From Clostridium sp. CAG:567 (GTDB lineage: Bacteria; Bacillota; Clostridia; TANB77; CAG-508): a stretch of 64,000 nt of DNA. The DNA lies in NCBI GenBank assembly GCA_000437855.1, contig FR902206.1, positions 138,608-202,607 on the forward strand. The letters run 5' to 3'. Within the stretch, counting starts at the first letter, position 1. Each line of letters starts with the position of its first letter. The position numbers and the translations under genes were made by a program. Under the pieces are notes generated by a model. The model was not told the origin of the DNA and made no database searches. It was given only the letters and a program-made list of their open reading frames with translations. Positions 30,727-41,334 of this stretch are shown here, in pieces.

Positions 30727-31592
30727 AATATATTTTTAAAATCATCTGGAATATCAGCTATATATTTTACTTTTTGTTTTATAATTGGATGAATAAATTC
30801 AACTTCATAAGCATGTAAAGCTTGTCTATTTATTAAAGTTGAAGATACACCATATAGAGTATCACTTAATAGACTGTGACCTAAATATGCAAAATGTACT
30901 CGAATTTGATGAGTTCTACCAGTTTCTAAAATACATTCTATAACATCAAAATTATCATTTCTTTTTAAAACTTTATAATGTGTAATGGCAGTATCACCAG
31001 TTTCACTTACACATCTTTCAATAATACTATTTTCTTTTCTGGCTATAGGAGCATTTATAATTCCTTCGAGATTATCTAAATTACCATTAACAATAGCAAT
31101 ATACTTTTTTATAAATTGCTTATTTTTCATTTGTTTAATCAAACATTCTTGAATATATTCATTTTTTGCAAAAATAACAATACCAGAAGTATCTTTATCT
31201 AATCTGTTAACAGGTCTTATTTTCTTTTTTAAACCAATCTGATTAAAATAAAAAATAACACCATTAGCGAGACTGTCTGTATAATGATCCATGGAAGGAT
31301 GTACAGGAATTCCTGCAGGTTTATTTACAACTAAATAAGCTTCGTCTTCGTATATGATATTGACTGGTATTTTAGTAGGCACAATATTTGAATTATCTTC
31401 GTCATAATCTAGGTGACATTCAATTAAATCGTTTTCAACAATAGGATGATTTACAGATGTAACCTTACCATTCAAATAAATTTTATCTAGTTTTTTCAAT
31501 TTTAATAGTAGTCTATCAGACATTGAAAACTCAGCCTTTAAAACTTCTTTTACATTGAAATATTTATTTAAATTTATATATGATAACTTCAT
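30714..31592 (-). CDS. RluA-family 23S rRNA pseudouridine synthase (RluD-like)
   Basis: LVVNKPAGIPVHP, NRLDKDTSGIVIFAKN catalytic Asp motif, N-terminal S4-like domain. Confidence 0.88.
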   Translation of the reverse strand: MKLSYINLNKYFNVKEVLKAEFSMSDRLLLKLKKLDKIYLNGKVTSVNHPIVENDLIECHLDYDEDNSNIVPTKIPVNIIYEDEAYLVVNKPAGIPVHPSMDHYTDSLANGVIFYFNQIGLKKKIRPVNRLDKDTSGIVIFAKNEYIQECLIKQMKNKQFIKKYIAIVNGNLDNLEGIINAPIARKENSIIERCVSETGDTAITHYKVLKRNDNFDVIECILETGRTHQIRVHFAYLGHSLLSDTLYGVSSTLINRQALHAYEVEFIHPIIKQKVKYIADIPDDFKNILKKT

Positions 31593-31594
31593 AA

Positions 31595-32164
31595 TTATTT
31601 TTTTCTACTTTCAAGGATGTAACTTGCCTCTAAATCAGCTTCATGTAATGCTAAAGCAATAGGATATCTTTCATAAACAGTACTAATAGTATTATATAAT
31701 TCTTTTGGTTCTGTAAATCCCATGTGCCAACGAATACAATACATTTCTTCTAAAGTCAAGTCAATAAATTTAGTAATCATCATTACAGATTTTTCGCCAT
31801 GACCATAAGGAATAGTATCATTAACTGTATAATATGGTTCTTTAACCCAAATACCATCTTCATTTTTCTTATTTCTATAATCAACAGTATAGTAATTTGC
31901 TTTACAAAAGTCATGTAGTAAAGTTATTAATATAATTGTTTCATCAGAAGCTTTAACAATATCGCTATATGGTTTATGTAGTAATTTTTCTTTTAATAAA
32001 TGGTAAACATTTAAACTATGTTCTAATAACCCACCTTCATGATTACCATGAAATCTTGTACTAGCAGGTGCTTTAAAAAAGTCTGTTTTTTCAATGTATG
32101 CAAGTAATTTATCAATACCTTCTCTTTGAACTGACTGTAATAATAATAAAAATTCTTCTTTCAT
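31595..32164 (-). CDS. HD-domain phosphohydrolase. The real start is MKEEF at 32164; the upstream extension in the ORF track is the antisense of tRNA-Leu.
   Basis: HGNHEGGLLEHSLNVYHLL and LLHDFCKA HD motifs. AGGAGG RBS at the internal ATG. Confidence 0.75.
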   Translation of the reverse strand: MKEEFLLLLQSVQREGIDKLLAYIEKTDFFKAPASTRFHGNHEGGLLEHSLNVYHLLKEKLLHKPYSDIVKASDETIILITLLHDFCKANYYTVDYRNKKNEDGIWVKEPYYTVNDTIPYGHGEKSVMMITKFIDLTLEEMYCIRWHMGFTEPKELYNTISTVYERYPIALALHEADLEASYILESRKK

Positions 32165-32185
32165 AATATTCCTCCTAAATAAAAT

Positions 32186-32270
32186 TGGTGCGAATAATGG
32201 GACTTGAACCCATACGCAATATTGCACACGCCCCTCAAACGTGCCTGTCTGCCAATTCCAGCATATTCGC
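32186..32270 (-). tRNA. tRNA-Leu (anticodon GAG), long variable arm
   Basis: Minus strand: GCGAATA-TG-CTG-GAATTGGCAGA-CAG-G-CACGT-TTGAGGG-GCGTG-TGCAATATTGCGTA-TGGG-TTCAAGT-CCCA-TTATTCGC-A-CCA. Confidence 0.8.
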
Positions 32271-32391
32271 ATAAACAACAATAATTATATACTAAATTTT
32301 TATATAATACTAGTCTGTTTTTAAAACTATTGACGAAACTGGAAACTAAAGTTTATAATATATCATATAAAATTTGTCCTAGAAAGGAAGA

Positions 32392-33174
32392 ATGATTCGA
32401 ATGAAAATATTAGCAGTTGGAGATATTGTTGGAGAAAATGGATTAGATAAATTAAAACAAGTATTACCAAAATTAAAAGAAGAAGTAAAAATAGATTTTA
32501 TAGTAGTAAATGCAGAAAATGTTGCAGGAGGAATGGGAATTACTTTTGAAAATTGGAATGAACTATTGAAATTACCAATAGACGCATTTACAATGGGAAA
32601 CCATACATGGGCTAAAAAAGATATTTTTCAATTTATAAATCACCAAAAATTAATTAGACCAGCAAACTATTCTAAAGGAATACCAGGAAAAGGATATGCT
32701 ATATATAAATGCAAAGAGAAGAATATTGCAGTTATAAATTTAATTGGAAGAACAGACATGAATGTACTATCAGAAAATCCTTTTACAGTGGCAGAAAACT
32801 TAGTTGAAAAATTATCAAACGAAGCTGAAATAATAATAGTTGATTTTCATGCTGAAGCAACTGCTGAAAAAATCGCTATGAGACATTTTCTAGATGGAAA
32901 AATCAATGTACTATTTGGAACACACACACATGTTCAAACAGCTGACGAACAAATAACAGAAAAAGGAACGGCATATATAACAGACTTAGGAATGACAGGT
33001 CCAATAAATTCAGTTATTGGTATGGGAGTAGAAGAATCAGTAAAGAGATTTGTGACATCGCTACCAGAAAGATATAAATTAGCAGATGGAAATTGTATGC
33101 TTAATGGATGTATATTTGAAATAAATGACGAAAATTGTAAAACAGAGAAAATAGAGAGAATAATTGTAAAATAA
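32392..33174 (+). CDS. ymdB: YmdB-family metallophosphoesterase (2',3'-cyclic-nucleotide phosphodiesterase)
   Basis: KILAVGDIVGENG, GNHTWAKKD, and GTHTHVQTADE metallophosphatase motifs. Confidence 0.85.
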   Translation: MIRMKILAVGDIVGENGLDKLKQVLPKLKEEVKIDFIVVNAENVAGGMGITFENWNELLKLPIDAFTMGNHTWAKKDIFQFINHQKLIRPANYSKGIPGKGYAIYKCKEKNIAVINLIGRTDMNVLSENPFTVAENLVEKLSNEAEIIIVDFHAEATAEKIAMRHFLDGKINVLFGTHTHVQTADEQITEKGTAYITDLGMTGPINSVIGMGVEESVKRFVTSLPERYKLADGNCMLNGCIFEINDENCKTEKIERIIVK

Positions 33175-33305
33175 ATGACAAAAAATGTAAAAAAATAAAA
33201 TACGAAACTTCCACTTTTTTCCAAAAAATACTAGACAATTTTTTGAAAGTGTAATATAAATATAAATGTTCACGGAACAAAAAATAAAAAAATTAGGAGG
33301 CAAAA

Positions 33306-33569
33306 ATGGAAGTTTTAAAAATCTCATCAAAATCAAATCCAAACTCAGTTGCAGGAGCAATAGCAGGTTTGGTAAAGGAATCAAACAAAGCAGAAATGCA
33401 AGCAATTGGAGCAGGAGCATTAAATCAAGCAGTTAAAGCTGTTGCAATAGCAAGAGGATTTGTAGCACCAGCAGGAGTGGATTTGGTATGTATACCAGCA
33501 TTTGCAGAGGTAGAGGTTGAAGGGGAAGACAGAACAGGTATTAAATTAATTGTTGAATCAAGAAAGTAA
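33306..33569 (+). CDS. spoVS: Stage V sporulation protein S
   Basis: MEVLKISSKSNPNSVAGAIAG...VDLVCIPAF, 87 aa. Conserved ymdB-spoVS adjacency. Confidence 0.95.
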   Translation: MEVLKISSKSNPNSVAGAIAGLVKESNKAEMQAIGAGALNQAVKAVAIARGFVAPAGVDLVCIPAFAEVEVEGEDRTGIKLIVESRK

Positions 33570-33696
33570 AATAACTGTAAAATAGTTTATATAGGGGCAC
33601 AAAAATATATTAATTATATTTTTGTGCTTTTTGTTTTAAATTCTTGAAAAAGCCTAAAATATATTATACAATGAGAAAGCAAAAGGAGAGTGGATA

Positions 33697-35286
33697 ATGA
33701 AGTTAAAGCCGTTTAAAATTATAATTATTATATTTATATTATTAGTAATTGCTGGAGCTGTATATCTACTAACAAGAAAAGAAAATAACAGTAATAATGA
33801 AGAAAGTAAAGAAATATCATATAAAACGATTGATATGGTTACAAATATAAGAATGGGAATTTCTAACTTTGATAGTATTCATCCATATCAAACCAATAAT
33901 CAAGAGGTAATTTATATTGATCAACTTATATTTGAACCATTGCTTAGTATATCAGAAGATTACAGAATATCAATGTGTTTGGCTGAGGAGTGGTCAAGAG
34001 TAAATGAAAAAACTTATATAGTTAAACTTAAAGAAAATGTAAAATGGCATGATGATAATAACTTTACATCAGAAGATGTAAAGTTCTCAATAGATAGATT
34101 GCAAAATCAAACAGAATCAATTTTTTATCAAAATGTAAAAAATATAAAAAACGTGGAAGTAATTGACAAATATACAATTAGAATTGAATTAAAAGAAGAA
34201 GAAGCTTTTTTTGAATATAATTTAATATTTCCAATAGTTTCATCTAAACAATATAAGAACAAAAGCTTTAATTATACATTAACACCAGTTGGAACAGGAA
34301 AATACAAAATTACTAAAACTGAAAATGATAAAATTGAACTTAGTAGAAATGATAATTGGAGAGATATAGATATTGAAAATTCAAACCTTAAAACAATATA
34401 TATAAATATTTATGATAGTAGAGGAAAAGAATATAATTCATTTAAATTAGGAAGTATAGATTTCATTCATACAAGTAGTGAAGAATCGGAAGAATATATT
34501 GGAAGTTTAGGGTATAACAAAAAAACTTATGAAAATAGAGAATATGACTATTTGGCATTAAATTGTAAAAATACAATTTTACAATATCAAGAAATAAGAC
34601 AAGCCATTAGTATGATAATAGATAAAGAAAAGATAGTAGCATCTGTATTAGAAAACAAAGCTACAATAGCTAATTATCCATTATTAAATAATTACTATTT
34701 AACAGTAGGACTTACAAAAGAAAATAAAACTAACAAAACTAAAGCCAAAGAAATATTAGAAAATTCCGGATGGAATTATGAATATGGAATATGGCAAAAA
34801 GAAATAGAAGGAATAACAAAAACAATAAATATTGATTTAGTAGTAAGTAAGGAAAATAAAAAGAGGATAAAAGTTGCAACAGAGTTAAAAGCAGAGTTAG
34901 AAGAATTTGGCATAAAAATTAATATAAAAGAAGTATCAAATCAACAATATAATAAATACTTAAAAAATAAAAATTATGAAATGATTTTAACAGGAATGTA
35001 TATTCCGATTTCTCCAAATTTAGATTATATTATAGGAAAAAGTAATTTAGCAAACTATGAAAATGAGCAAGTTAACACAATTATGAATGAAATAAATACT
35101 ATTACAGATGAAATAGTTCTTAAAGAAAAGTATGCCGAAATTTTTAAAATTTATGATAATGATGTACCATATATAGGATTATACTATAATCATGACACAA
35201 TTGCATATTCTACAGACTTAATGGGTGACGTAAAGCCAAACTGTTACAGTATATTTTATAATTTTTCTAATTGGTACAGACAATAA
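33697..35286 (+). CDS. Extracellular solute-binding protein family 5 (peptide/nickel-binding type), N-terminal TM anchor
   Basis: 529 aa with an SBP_bac_5-like fold (LKENVKWHDDNNFTSEDVKFSIDRL). No adjacent permease genes. Confidence 0.65.
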   Translation: MKLKPFKIIIIIFILLVIAGAVYLLTRKENNSNNEESKEISYKTIDMVTNIRMGISNFDSIHPYQTNNQEVIYIDQLIFEPLLSISEDYRISMCLAEEWSRVNEKTYIVKLKENVKWHDDNNFTSEDVKFSIDRLQNQTESIFYQNVKNIKNVEVIDKYTIRIELKEEEAFFEYNLIFPIVSSKQYKNKSFNYTLTPVGTGKYKITKTENDKIELSRNDNWRDIDIENSNLKTIYINIYDSRGKEYNSFKLGSIDFIHTSSEESEEYIGSLGYNKKTYENREYDYLALNCKNTILQYQEIRQAISMIIDKEKIVASVLENKATIANYPLLNNYYLTVGLTKENKTNKTKAKEILENSGWNYEYGIWQKEIEGITKTINIDLVVSKENKKRIKVATELKAELEEFGIKINIKEVSNQQYNKYLKNKNYEMILTGMYIPISPNLDYIIGKSNLANYENEQVNTIMNEINTITDEIVLKEKYAEIFKIYDNDVPYIGLYYNHDTIAYSTDLMGDVKPNCYSIFYNFSNWYRQ

Positions 35287-35310
35287 GCAATAAAAAATAT
35301 AAAAAATTGC

Positions 35311-35356
35311 TTGACAAATAAAAATAATAATATATAATAAACACAAACAAACGTTT
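35311..35356 (+). promoter_or_regulatory. recA promoter (TTGACA-16-TATAAT) with a downstream LexA/Cheo-like palindrome AACAAACGTTT
   Basis: ttgaca at 35311-35316, tataat at 35333-35338. The palindrome aaacgttt at 35346-35356 resembles GAAC-N4-GTTC. Confidence 0.5.
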
Positions 35357-35380
35357 ACGATATTTTAGGAGGAAAATATA

Positions 35381-36445
35381 ATGGGTAAAGATAATTCAGA
35401 AAAAATGAGAGCATTAGAAGCTGCACTAGGTCAAATTGAAAAACAATTTGGAAAAGGTTCTGTTATGAAATTAGGAGATTATACAGCAATGAATGTTGAG
35501 GCTATACCAACAGGTGCTTTAAGTTTGGATATTGCTTTAGGAATTGGTGGTATTCCAAGAGGAAGAATCATAGAGGTATTTGGACCAGAATCTTCAGGAA
35601 AAACTACTTTGGCATTACATTTAATTGCAGAAGCACAAAAAATGGGCGGAGAAGCAGCTTTTATTGATGCAGAACATGCTTTAGACCCTGTTTATGCAAA
35701 ACATTTAGGTGTTAATATAGATGAACTTATAGTTTCACAACCAGATACTGGAGAACAAGCATTGGAAATAGCCGAAGCTTTAGTTAGAAGTGGAGCATTA
35801 GATATTATAGTTGTAGACTCAGTTGCAGCTTTAGTACCAAAAGCAGAAATTGATGGAGACATGGGAGATGCTCATGTTGGTCTTCAAGCAAGATTAATGT
35901 CTCAAGCATTAAGAAAACTAGCAGGTGTTATAAATAAATCAAAATGTGTAATTGTATTTATAAACCAATTAAGAGAAAAAGTTGGAGTAATGTTTGGAAA
36001 TCCAGAAACAACACCAGGTGGTAGAGCTTTAAAATTTTATGCATCTGTAAGACTTGATATAAGAAGAGTAGAAAGCTTGAAACAAGATGGAGAGGTTATT
36101 GGTAACCGTACAAGAGTAAAAGTTGTAAAAAATAAAGTAGCTCCACCATTTAGAGAAGCTGAATTTGATATAATTTATGGTAAAGGTATATCTAAAGAAG
36201 GAAACATACTTGATGCTGCTGTTAATTTAGACATTGTTGAAAAGAGTGGTTCATGGTTTAGTTATAACGGAGAGAGAATTGGACAGGGAAGAGAAAATGT
36301 TAAAGAATATTTAGCAAAGAATCCAAAGATCGCAGAAGAAATAGAAGGAAAGATTAGAGCAAATTATGAAAAAGCTTTTGAGAAAAGTTTAGGAGAAGAA
36401 GAATTAGACCCTGAACAAGAAACAGAACCATCAAATGAAGAATAA
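35381..36445 (+). CDS. recA: Recombinase RecA
   Basis: [12 protein letters not shown] Walker A, 354 aa, unmistakable RecA. Confidence 0.97.
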   Translation: MGKDNSEKMRALEAALGQIEKQFGKGSVMKLGDYTAMNVEAIPTGALSLDIALGIGGIPRGRIIEVFGPESSGKTTLALHLIAEAQKMGGEAAFIDAEHALDPVYAKHLGVNIDELIVSQPDTGEQALEIAEALVRSGALDIIVVDSVAALVPKAEIDGDMGDAHVGLQARLMSQALRKLAGVINKSKCVIVFINQLREKVGVMFGNPETTPGGRALKFYASVRLDIRRVESLKQDGEVIGNRTRVKVVKNKVAPPFREAEFDIIYGKGISKEGNILDAAVNLDIVEKSGSWFSYNGERIGQGRENVKEYLAKNPKIAEEIEGKIRANYEKAFEKSLGEEELDPEQETEPSNEE

Positions 36446-36457
36446 TAGGAGAAGACA

Positions 36458-36907
36458 TTGTACGACAATATAGAAGAATTTGATAAATTAAAAACAAAAA
36501 TATTAAAATACATAATGTATAAGAAGAGAACAGAAAAAGAAGTAATTCAGAAGTTCTCTTCTTCTGTTGACCAAAACTTATTAGAAGATGTTATTGAACA
36601 TTTAAAAGAAATTGGGTATATAAATGATGAGAGCTATATTGAAAGAGCTGTCAATGAGTTTATGGCAATTAACACATTATCAATAAGAGAAATGAAAAAT
36701 AAATTGTATGCAAAAGGAATTAGTAGTGATATAATTGATTGGTATTTTGAGAAAAATGAAGATGAAATAGTAGAATATGAATTAAGATGTGCCAAAAAAA
36801 TTATATTAAAAAAACAACCTCAGATGGAAAGAGAAGAAATTGAACAGTTTTTATATAGAAAAGGGTATTCTTTAGAGATTACTAAAGAGGCATTTGAAGA
36901 AGTATAG
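36458..36907 (+). CDS. recX: Regulatory protein RecX (TTG start)
   Basis: 149 aa helical-repeat protein immediately after recA. Confidence 0.6.
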   Translation: MYDNIEEFDKLKTKILKYIMYKKRTEKEVIQKFSSSVDQNLLEDVIEHLKEIGYINDESYIERAVNEFMAINTLSIREMKNKLYAKGISSDIIDWYFEKNEDEIVEYELRCAKKIILKKQPQMEREEIEQFLYRKGYSLEITKEAFEEV

Positions 36908-36919
36908 TAAGGGGAAATT

Positions 36920-37672
36920 ATGCAAAACGTATTAACATTAGAAACAAATAAATATAAAGTAAAAGTAGAAAACTTTGAAGGACCATTGGATTTGTTATGT
37001 CATCTGATTGATAAAAATAAAATGGATATTTGTAATATAAAAATTAGTGAAATCACAGATCAATATATAGCATACTTAAATGCTATGGAAGAATTGAATT
37101 TAGAAATTGCAAGTGAATTTCTAATGATGGCTTCTACATTATTATATTTAAAATCAAAAACACTTCTTCCAAATGAAGTTGAAGAAGAAAAAGAATTAAC
37201 AGAAGAAGAACTTTTAAGAAGAATTATTGAATATAAAAAATATAAAGAAATTACTAAAACATTAAGAGAATGTTTAGAAAATAATTCTAAAAAAGTTTTT
37301 AAAAATCCAGAAGTAATTGAATTACCAAAACAGAAACTTGAAGCAACATATACAAAAGAAATGATTTCTGAAATGTATAAAAGCATAATAGAAAAAAATG
37401 CGCAAAAACTAAATCAGAATGCTAAAAATATTGAAAAAATTGCAATTACAGATACATATACGGTTGAAAGTAAAGTAAAAGTAATGTTTAAAGAACTTAT
37501 ACGTAATAAAAAATTTGTTTTTAATAAATTATTTTCAACTAAAAAATGTAATAAACAAGAAGTTATGACAGCTTTTACAGGACTTTTAGAACTTTCACGA
37601 AGAAGTAAGGTAGTTACAGATCAAGAAGAATTGTTTGGAGATATAACAGTACAAAAAGCAAAAAGACAATAA
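36920..37672 (+). CDS. scpA: Segregation and condensation protein A
   Basis: FEGPLDLLCHLIDKNKMDI...EFLMMASTLLYLKSKTLLP. Confidence 0.85.
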   Translation: MQNVLTLETNKYKVKVENFEGPLDLLCHLIDKNKMDICNIKISEITDQYIAYLNAMEELNLEIASEFLMMASTLLYLKSKTLLPNEVEEEKELTEEELLRRIIEYKKYKEITKTLRECLENNSKKVFKNPEVIELPKQKLEATYTKEMISEMYKSIIEKNAQKLNQNAKNIEKIAITDTYTVESKVKVMFKELIRNKKFVFNKLFSTKKCNKQEVMTAFTGLLELSRRSKVVTDQEELFGDITVQKAKRQ

Positions 37673-37732
37673 ATGTTTAAAAATAAAAAAATTGGAAAAA
37701 CTAATATCAAGTAACTTAAAAAGGAGGCTATT

Positions 37733-38368
37733 ATGATATTAGTTTTATTTTTGTTTGGACTAATAATTCTTATAGGAATTACTGCAATTTTGATAATAGC
37801 CTCGACATTGCATATACAAATAAAAAATTTAAGTATATCAAATATGCAGACAAAAAATAACAACAAATATGCAATAATATTCTCAATTTACTTTGCAAAT
37901 AAAATCAAGTATATTTGGTTTAATCTTAATAGTAAAAGAGCTAAAAAGATTTATTCTAAGGTACAACTGGAGAAAATAGATTTAAAAAAATTCAAAAAGG
38001 TATTTAAACTAAGTGATTTAAAGGAATTAACTAAATTACATTTGAAAATTTTAGATTTGAATTTAGACATGAATATAGGTACAAAAAGCCCTTTAGTAAC
38101 ATCGTTTTTGGTAGTCACTATTTCTAATGCTATATCACTACTATTACCACATTTGGTAAATAACTTAAAAGATAATAGGTATTTTTACAATATAAAACCA
38201 CTTTATTATAATAAAGAATTATACAAAATTAATCTTGATTGTATAATCGAGATAAAAATGGTACATATTATCAATGTAATATATTATATTTTTTTAAAGA
38301 AAGGAAGAAGGAAAAATGAACGATCAACAACATCCAATAGAAAATCTTATGCTTACAGCCATGAATAG
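37733..38368 (+). CDS. DUF2953 membrane protein (YtfI-like, sporulation-associated)
   Basis: N-terminal TM helix. Precedes ytfJ as in Bacilli. Overlaps ytfJ by 52 nt. Confidence 0.55.
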   Translation: MILVLFLFGLIILIGITAILIIASTLHIQIKNLSISNMQTKNNNKYAIIFSIYFANKIKYIWFNLNSKRAKKIYSKVQLEKIDLKKFKKVFKLSDLKELTKLHLKILDLNLDMNIGTKSPLVTSFLVVTISNAISLLLPHLVNNLKDNRYFYNIKPLYYNKELYKINLDCIIEIKMVHIINVIYYIFLKKGRRKNERSTTSNRKSYAYSHE

Positions 38369-38927
38369 TATAAAAGATATGGTAGATGTGAATACAATTA
38401 TAGGTGAACCAATAGAGACAAGCAATAATACAATTATAATACCAATATCAAAAGTAGGGTTTGGATTTGCAGCAGGTGGAAGTGAATTTAAAGGAGAAAC
38501 AATAGATGAGTATACTAAAAGAGAAAAAGAAGAAGCAATACAATATAGGCTACCATTTGGAGGTGGAAGTGGAGCAGGAGTTTCGATTGCACCAGTGGCA
38601 TTTTTAGTAGTACAACCAAATAATGTTAAATTACTACCGGTAGAACATTGCTCAGCAATTGATAGACTATTAGACTATGTACCAGATTTAATGGAAAAAG
38701 CCAATATTATATTAAATAAAAATATTCAGAATAAAAAAGAAGAAATGAAGAATCAAGAAAAGATAAAAAATCAAGTAAAGGAAATACTTGAAAAAGATGA
38801 ACTGGAACAGCAAAAAGAAAATAATAATCAAGTAAAAGCAAGACCTAAATACACTAAAGTCCATAGACCAGAGCCAATAGATTATGAATATGAATATGAT
38901 GAGTCAGAAGAAAGTGAAGACAAATAA
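38316..38927 (+). CDS. ytfJ: Sporulation protein YtfJ / GerW family
   Basis: HPIENLMLTAMNSIKDMVDVNTIIGEPIET...IIIPISKVGFGFAAGGSEF. Confidence 0.8.
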   Translation: MNDQQHPIENLMLTAMNSIKDMVDVNTIIGEPIETSNNTIIIPISKVGFGFAAGGSEFKGETIDEYTKREKEEAIQYRLPFGGGSGAGVSIAPVAFLVVQPNNVKLLPVEHCSAIDRLLDYVPDLMEKANIILNKNIQNKKEEMKNQEKIKNQVKEILEKDELEQQKENNNQVKARPKYTKVHRPEPIDYEYEYDESEESEDK

Positions 38928-38943
38928 AAAAAATATATGCTTA

Positions 38944-38979
38944 AAAAATTTCTCAAGTTATTACTTGAGAAATTTTTTA
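38944..38979. terminator. Bidirectional terminator between ytfJ and the convergent M23 peptidase gene
   Basis: aaaaatttctcaagt-tatt-acttgagaaattttt. Confidence 0.65.
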
Positions 38980-40071
38980 GTCTGGTAAACTAGAATCTAT
39001 AAAGTCGATTTTTCTACTATAATCTTTAGTTTTGTCATTACTTCTATATACTTCACTAGAATTTCTTTTTAAAAAATTTACTAAATCGTATAAATCACAC
39101 CAAATTTGATTTGGACCCTCTTTTTGGACTTCATCAAAAATTATTTGAATACCAAAATGTAAATGAGGAACGTTTATATTATTTGTATTTTCTTTTGTAC
39201 TATATCCTGTCATTCCTAAATATCCAATAACATCTCCAGCTTGAACAATTTGCCCTTCTTTAATATCTTGAACATAAGGGTGATTTTTTCTTAAGTGAGC
39301 ATAATAATAGTAACGCTTTTTGTCAAAACTGCGAATACCAATTCTCCAACCTCCATATTGGTTCCATCCAATTGCTTCTACAATTCCAGACTCTACAGCT
39401 ATAATTGGTGTTCCAATACTACCCATCAAATCATTTCCAAAATGAATACGTTTATAGCCGTAAGATCTAGATGCTCCAAAGTCATCATAATGGCTAAAAC
39501 TATAATTCTTAGCAATTGGGCAAAATGCTTTCAATCCATATTTTTCTTTTAAAATTTTTTCTGCGGGATTGGAAGAGGAAACAATTTTGTAGTCACCTAT
39601 AAATTCATGCAAAACAGAATCATATCCTTCAAAATAATAATTATAAAGTTTCATTTTTTGAGTTAGTTCCTCAATACTTTTACCTGATTTTAATTCAGAG
39701 GTTAATTTGTCTAAATCAGCTTGCTTGAATTTTGAAAAATTATTTCCGTACTTGCAGGCTAGATAAGATATGAGTTCAATCCAGTTATATTTTATAGGTT
39801 CATCCTTTTCGTGAGATTTAATATCTAATTTAGATGTTTTATCTAAAATTTCATAATTAGCTTTAAATTCAAACCATTTAATATAATCCTTTTCTTCACT
39901 CTGTAAATCTGGAATTTCATTATTATAAATATATTTTTCTGCACTACTACTAACCTGTAATGTAAATGATTGAATTACATGATAACATACAATTAGAATT
40001 ACTAACAGAGATAGTATACTTAACATAATCAATATGGACTTTTTATATATTTTAAAACTTTTAATTATCAC
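38977..40071 (-). CDS. M23 family metallopeptidase (LytM domain), N-terminal TM anchor
   Basis: HFGNDL...YAHL...GYLGMTGYSTKENTNNINVPHLHFGIQI. Confidence 0.8.
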   Translation of the reverse strand: MIIKSFKIYKKSILIMLSILSLLVILIVCYHVIQSFTLQVSSSAEKYIYNNEIPDLQSEEKDYIKWFEFKANYEILDKTSKLDIKSHEKDEPIKYNWIELISYLACKYGNNFSKFKQADLDKLTSELKSGKSIEELTQKMKLYNYYFEGYDSVLHEFIGDYKIVSSSNPAEKILKEKYGLKAFCPIAKNYSFSHYDDFGASRSYGYKRIHFGNDLMGSIGTPIIAVESGIVEAIGWNQYGGWRIGIRSFDKKRYYYYAHLRKNHPYVQDIKEGQIVQAGDVIGYLGMTGYSTKENTNNINVPHLHFGIQIIFDEVQKEGPNQIWCDLYDLVNFLKRNSSEVYRSNDKTKDYSRKIDFIDSSLPD

Positions 40072-40170
40072 TAAAATTCACCAATATAAATTTATGACTA
40101 AAAAGGAGAAAATATGATTGCAATTATACGGGAAAATGATATAATAGTTATGCCACAAATATATTGATAA

Positions 40171-41292
40171 ATGGAGGAAAAAATGAAAAACTATTATTTT
40201 ACATCTGAAAGTGTAACAGAAGGACATCCAGATAAATTATGTGATTTAATATCAGATAGTATTTTGGATGCATGTCTAGAACAAGACAAAAACTCAAGAG
40301 TGGCAATTGAAACTTTTGCTTCTAAGAATTTAATAACAATAGCAGGTCAAATTACCACAAATGCTAAAATTAATGCTGAGAAAATTGCAAGAGAAACAAT
40401 AAAACAAATTGGGTATGACAATGAAAACACAGACATCAATTATAAGACTTGCAAAATAGAAACAAATATCACAACACAAAGTGGTGATATTGCGATGGGA
40501 GTTGACATTGGAGGGGCAGGAGACCAAGGAATTATGTTTGGATATGCCTGTGATGAAACTGAAAATTATATGCCTTATGCAATTGATATGGCACATAAAT
40601 TAGCTAAACAATTAACAAAGGTTAGAAAAGAAAACATAATACCATATTTAAGACCAGATGGCAAAACTCAAGTGACAGTCGAATATGAAAATGACAAACC
40701 AAAAAGAATAGAAACAATTTTAATTTCAAATCAACATTTAGAAAATGTCGATATGCAAGAAATGAAAAAAGACATAATTGAAAAAGTCATAAAACAAGTT
40801 GTTCCAGAAAAATATATTGACGAAAATACAAAAATATATATAAATCCAACAGGAAGATTTGTTATAGGAGGACCTTTAGGAGATACAGGGCTTACAGGAA
40901 GAAAACTAATAGTAGATACTTATGGAGGTTATAGCAGACATGGTGGTGGAGCATTTTCAGGAAAAGATGCAAGTAAGGTGGACAGAAGTGCAAGCTATAT
41001 GCTTAGACATATTGCCAAAAATGTAGTGGCAAATGGATATGCAAAAAAATGTGAAATTCAAATATCTTATGCAATTGGAATGAAACAACCTTTATCTGTA
41101 TACGTAGATACATTTGGAACAGCAACTATTCCAGAAGAAAAAATTGTAGAACTAATAAGGGAAAAATTTGACTTAACTCCTAATGGAATTATAAATTATT
41201 TAGACTTGAAACAGCCAATTTATAGACAAACAACAAATTATGGACATTTTGGAAAAGAAAATTTACCATGGGAAAAAGTAATTAAAATGTAA
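40171..41292 (+). CDS. metK: S-adenosylmethionine synthetase
   Basis: [28 protein letters not shown]; no S-box leader upstream. Confidence 0.93.
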   Translation: MEEKMKNYYFTSESVTEGHPDKLCDLISDSILDACLEQDKNSRVAIETFASKNLITIAGQITTNAKINAEKIARETIKQIGYDNENTDINYKTCKIETNITTQSGDIAMGVDIGGAGDQGIMFGYACDETENYMPYAIDMAHKLAKQLTKVRKENIIPYLRPDGKTQVTVEYENDKPKRIETILISNQHLENVDMQEMKKDIIEKVIKQVVPEKYIDENTKIYINPTGRFVIGGPLGDTGLTGRKLIVDTYGGYSRHGGGAFSGKDASKVDRSASYMLRHIAKNVVANGYAKKCEIQISYAIGMKQPLSVYVDTFGTATIPEEKIVELIREKFDLTPNGIINYLDLKQPIYRQTTNYGHFGKENLPWEKVIKM

Positions 41293-41334
41293 AAACATAA
41301 AAAAGATTTGATAATACATAATACTTCTTCATTT

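Noticed and set aside
40072-40170. SAM (S-box) riboswitch upstream of metK
   Set aside because: The gap is only 99 nt with no S-box consensus helices. Only an extended -10 promoter (tgatataat) is visible.
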